Shown: in pieces, positions 26,672-28,916 of the stretch
Position numbering within the stretch: the first letter of the stretch is position 1
Layout: the number at the start of each line of letters is the position of its first letter
IMG/VR virus record: IMGVR_UViG_3300040807_003060
Span: 1 to 28,916 of that record
Reading direction: 5' to 3' (one strand)
Source: a virus
Taxonomy: Duplodnaviria > Caudoviricetes
DNA length: 28,916 nucleotides
The notes under the pieces: generated by a model
The model's input: only the letters and a program-made list of their open reading frames with translations
Told to the model about the DNA's origin: nothing
Databases searched by the model: none
Made by a program: the position numbers and the translations under genes

Positions 26672-27298
26672 ATGAGTATTTCTACACTATCAAAAATCAC
26701 AGTACCTTTAGATAGCAATCAATCTGCATCTAATCAAGGTCTGTTGATGCCTAAATTACAATACCGTTTTAGAGTGTCATTAGAAAACTTTGGAGTTTCT
26801 ACTCCAACAACTGAGTTAACAAAACAAGTGCAAGATGTAACAAGACCTAATCTATCATTTGAAAACACAACAATTGACGTTTACAACAGTAAAGTTTACC
26901 TAGCGGGTAAACACACATGGGAACCAATCACAATTACATTAAGAGAAGACGTAAACAACAACGTACAAAAACTTGTTGGTGAACAGTTACAAAAACAATT
27001 TGATTTCTTTGAACAATCAGCGGCGGCTTCAGGTGCTGACTACAAATTTGTTACTAGAATTGAAATCACTGATGGTGCCAATGGTGCTAACACAGTGGGA
27101 ATTTTAGAAACATTTGAATTGTATGGTTGCTATGTTGAATCAGCAAACTACAACACATTGGCTTACAATTCAAGTGAGCCTGTAACAGTCACATTATCAT
27201 TGAGATATGATAATGCAATACAAACACCACAAGGAACAGGTGTAGGTACTGCTGTTGGAAGAACAGTGAATACTTTAATCACCGGCGGTGGTGCGTAA
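26672..27298 (+). CDS. gp19: Tail tube protein (gp19-like)
   Basis: Directly follows the sheath; PKLQYRFRV, VTRP, LAGKHTWEPITIT.RED, FELYGC, VTL.LRYD. Confidence 0.85.
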   Translation: MSISTLSKITVPLDSNQSASNQGLLMPKLQYRFRVSLENFGVSTPTTELTKQVQDVTRPNLSFENTTIDVYNSKVYLAGKHTWEPITITLREDVNNNVQKLVGEQLQKQFDFFEQSAAASGADYKFVTRIEITDGANGANTVGILETFELYGCYVESANYNTLAYNSSEPVTVTLSLRYDNAIQTPQGTGVGTAVGRTVNTLITGGGA

Positions 27299-27321
27299 TT
27301 TTCGTAAGCATTTATAAATTG

Positions 27322-27352
27322 AAAAGGGGGCTTAGGCCCCTTTTTTGTTTTT
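27322..27352 (+). terminator. Rho-independent terminator after sheath-tube
   Basis: AAAAG-GGGGC-TTAG-GCCCC-TTTTTTGTTTTT. Confidence 0.9.
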
Positions 27353-27373
27353 AACACGTCCTATTTTTCATAG

Positions 27374-27381
27374 TATAAATA
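27374..27381 (+). promoter_or_regulatory. T4-type late promoter TATAAATA
   Basis: Exact consensus just past the terminator; 6 nt from ATG 27388. Confidence 0.8.
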
Positions 27382-27387
27382 CTGTAT

Positions 27388-28611
27388 ATGGCAAACATTT
27401 TAACACCGTTCTTAGACAATTTGAAAAGTGGCGTACTAGAACCAAAAGGTAATCTAGGAGACTTTGGGCATGCGGCAAGACTGTATGTGGATGATAGTTT
27501 TAGATTAGCACCTAAATCAAAATTTTTATATCATTGTGTATTCAATATCAATCAAAACGTACTGGACAGAATGATAGCAAACTCTCCATCACACCCTAAT
27601 GGGTCTAGTATTTTTAAAACTTTGAGTAATTTTAAAAACAAACATCAAAATGAATTAAACATGTTGGTTAAAAATGTTGACTTACCTAAATACTCAATAG
27701 AAACAGTGGTTGCCCAACAATACAACAAAAAAAGAAAATTACACACAAAAATTTCATATGATCCAATAACTATGGTGTTCCATGATGACAACTACGGTGT
27801 GTCCACAGCACTATGGGAAATGTATTATAGATATTATTTTAGAGATGGATGGTATGGACAAGATGAATCGGCCAAAAGATCACCAGAAGCATTTTTAAAT
27901 ACTTCAGGCAGTGTCGACTCACAAGCATCACCATTCAGTAGATCATTAGCCTATAACAGTCCTTTTGATTTTAGAAAATTTAGATTTGGTTTGGACAATG
28001 ATACACACGAAGCATTTTTCGATAGCATTCAAATCTTTCAAATGAGCAGAAAACGATACACCATGTTTCATTTGGTTAATCCAATCATCACGCAATGGCA
28101 ACACGATACTCTGAACAATGAAAGCAGTGAGCCTGTGGCCAACAACATGGTGATAGAATATGAATCTGTTTTTTATGGCAGAGGTGCTGTGTCGGAAGGC
28201 ACACCTAAAGGATTTGCGGAACAACACTATGATCAAACACCATCTCCTAATTCATTAGCAGGTGGAGGAACAACCAGTTTGCTGGGAACAGGCGGTGTGG
28301 GCAGTTTTATCGGCAGTTTCTTTGGAGGACAAGGAGGTCCTAACACAGATATATCTGGTGGAGAAACTGGCAGAAGCAGATTCAATCTTGGGACAATATT
28401 AAGAGGAGCGAACGCCATTAAAAATGCAAAGAACTTATCCAAAGCAGGTTTGGCACAAGAAGGATTTAATATTCTAAAAGGTGCTGTGGGAAGAATTGGC
28501 GGAACTGCAGATTCAAGTTACACACGCAGTGGAGGATTAGGATCCACAGTGATTGGCAGAAGTGCTAGTAAATTTGGAAACACAGTTAAAGCATTTATCA
28601 GAAAGAAATAA
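27388..28611 (+). CDS. Tail-tube-fold paralog (gp54/gp48-like baseplate tube initiator)
   Basis: PK.KF.Y, VK.VDLP, YDPITM.FHDD, L.NP.I, M...YE mirror the tube-fold pattern; Gly-rich C-terminal tail. Confidence 0.65.
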   Translation: MANILTPFLDNLKSGVLEPKGNLGDFGHAARLYVDDSFRLAPKSKFLYHCVFNINQNVLDRMIANSPSHPNGSSIFKTLSNFKNKHQNELNMLVKNVDLPKYSIETVVAQQYNKKRKLHTKISYDPITMVFHDDNYGVSTALWEMYYRYYFRDGWYGQDESAKRSPEAFLNTSGSVDSQASPFSRSLAYNSPFDFRKFRFGLDNDTHEAFFDSIQIFQMSRKRYTMFHLVNPIITQWQHDTLNNESSEPVANNMVIEYESVFYGRGAVSEGTPKGFAEQHYDQTPSPNSLAGGGTTSLLGTGGVGSFIGSFFGGQGGPNTDISGGETGRSRFNLGTILRGANAIKNAKNLSKAGLAQEGFNILKGAVGRIGGTADSSYTRSGGLGSTVIGRSASKFGNTVKAFIRKK

Positions 28612-28614
28612 TAC

Positions 28615-28916
28615 ATGAGCAATTTACCAAAAACAAATACAGTAGAAAAAGACACAAAAAAGTTTTTTGAAAATTCAAACAAACCTGTCTTAACATTTCC
28701 TACAAATGACGTGGATGCAATGATTGGATATTTTCAATCAAGAGGTTTTTCTAAACAAAGCAGTATTTCAACTGCCACAGTTTTACTTACTCAAGCAAAA
28801 ATAGATGGCGTAAATGCTTTTGAGTTAATAGATACTCTTAAAGGAATAGATGATGTAAAATTAAGTGGCATCGTAACAGAAATTTTAAATGCCAACAGAT
28901 CAAAGATATCATCATT
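28615..28916 (+). CDS. 3'-truncated hypothetical protein (not in ORF track)
   Basis: ATG 3 nt after the upstream stop; MSNLPKTNTVEKDTKKFF...DAMIGYFQSRGF...QAKIDG...ILNANRSKISS is open to the window end. Confidence 0.8.
   Translation, partial: MSNLPKTNTVEKDTKKFFENSNKPVLTFPTNDVDAMIGYFQSRGFSKQSSISTATVLLTQAKIDGVNAFELIDTLKGIDDVKLSGIVTEILNANRSKISS

Noticed and set aside
27163-27357. 64-aa antisense ORF across the tube end and terminator
   Set aside because: It overlaps the tube gene and terminator and has no coding signals.
1-28916. Alternative genetic code, tRNA genes, or a specific host assignment
   Set aside because: Standard code gives intact long ORFs and the intergenic gaps are too short or unstructured for tRNA. 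AT-richness and heptose genes only hint at a Gram-negative host.

Overview
This is an AT-rich, gene-dense segment of a large T4-superfamily-like myovirus genome; standard code gives near-complete coverage and I see no tRNA, rRNA or CRISPR. The right half is a virion module: gp14 neck and gp15 tail terminator (-), gp13 neck, a dNMP kinase, a 1082-aa tail sheath, a tail tube and a second tube-fold gene. It is driven by TAAATA-type late promoters, many of them only 6 nt from the ATG, which suggests leaderless mRNAs. The left half has two large fibre-like virion proteins (625 aa and 2327 aa) bracketed by sugar genes. On one side are two GT9 heptosyltransferase-like paralogs around a NodU/CmcH carbamoyltransferase. 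On the other is an ADP-heptose operon (hldE, hldD, cupin, SGNH-like, 2OG-Fe(II) oxygenase, Nudix) that follows gp14-gp15 with almost no gaps. The best candidate for a new system is phage-encoded heptosylation/carbamoylation of its own virion (inference; host LPS or DNA are alternative targets). Other notable points: an esterase domain with its whole catalytic triad substituted, inserted in a virion protein; nested domain insertions in the giant protein; a hairpin occluding the first GT9 start codon; and two microproteins missed by the ORF track. All family calls are motif recognition by eye, with no database search.
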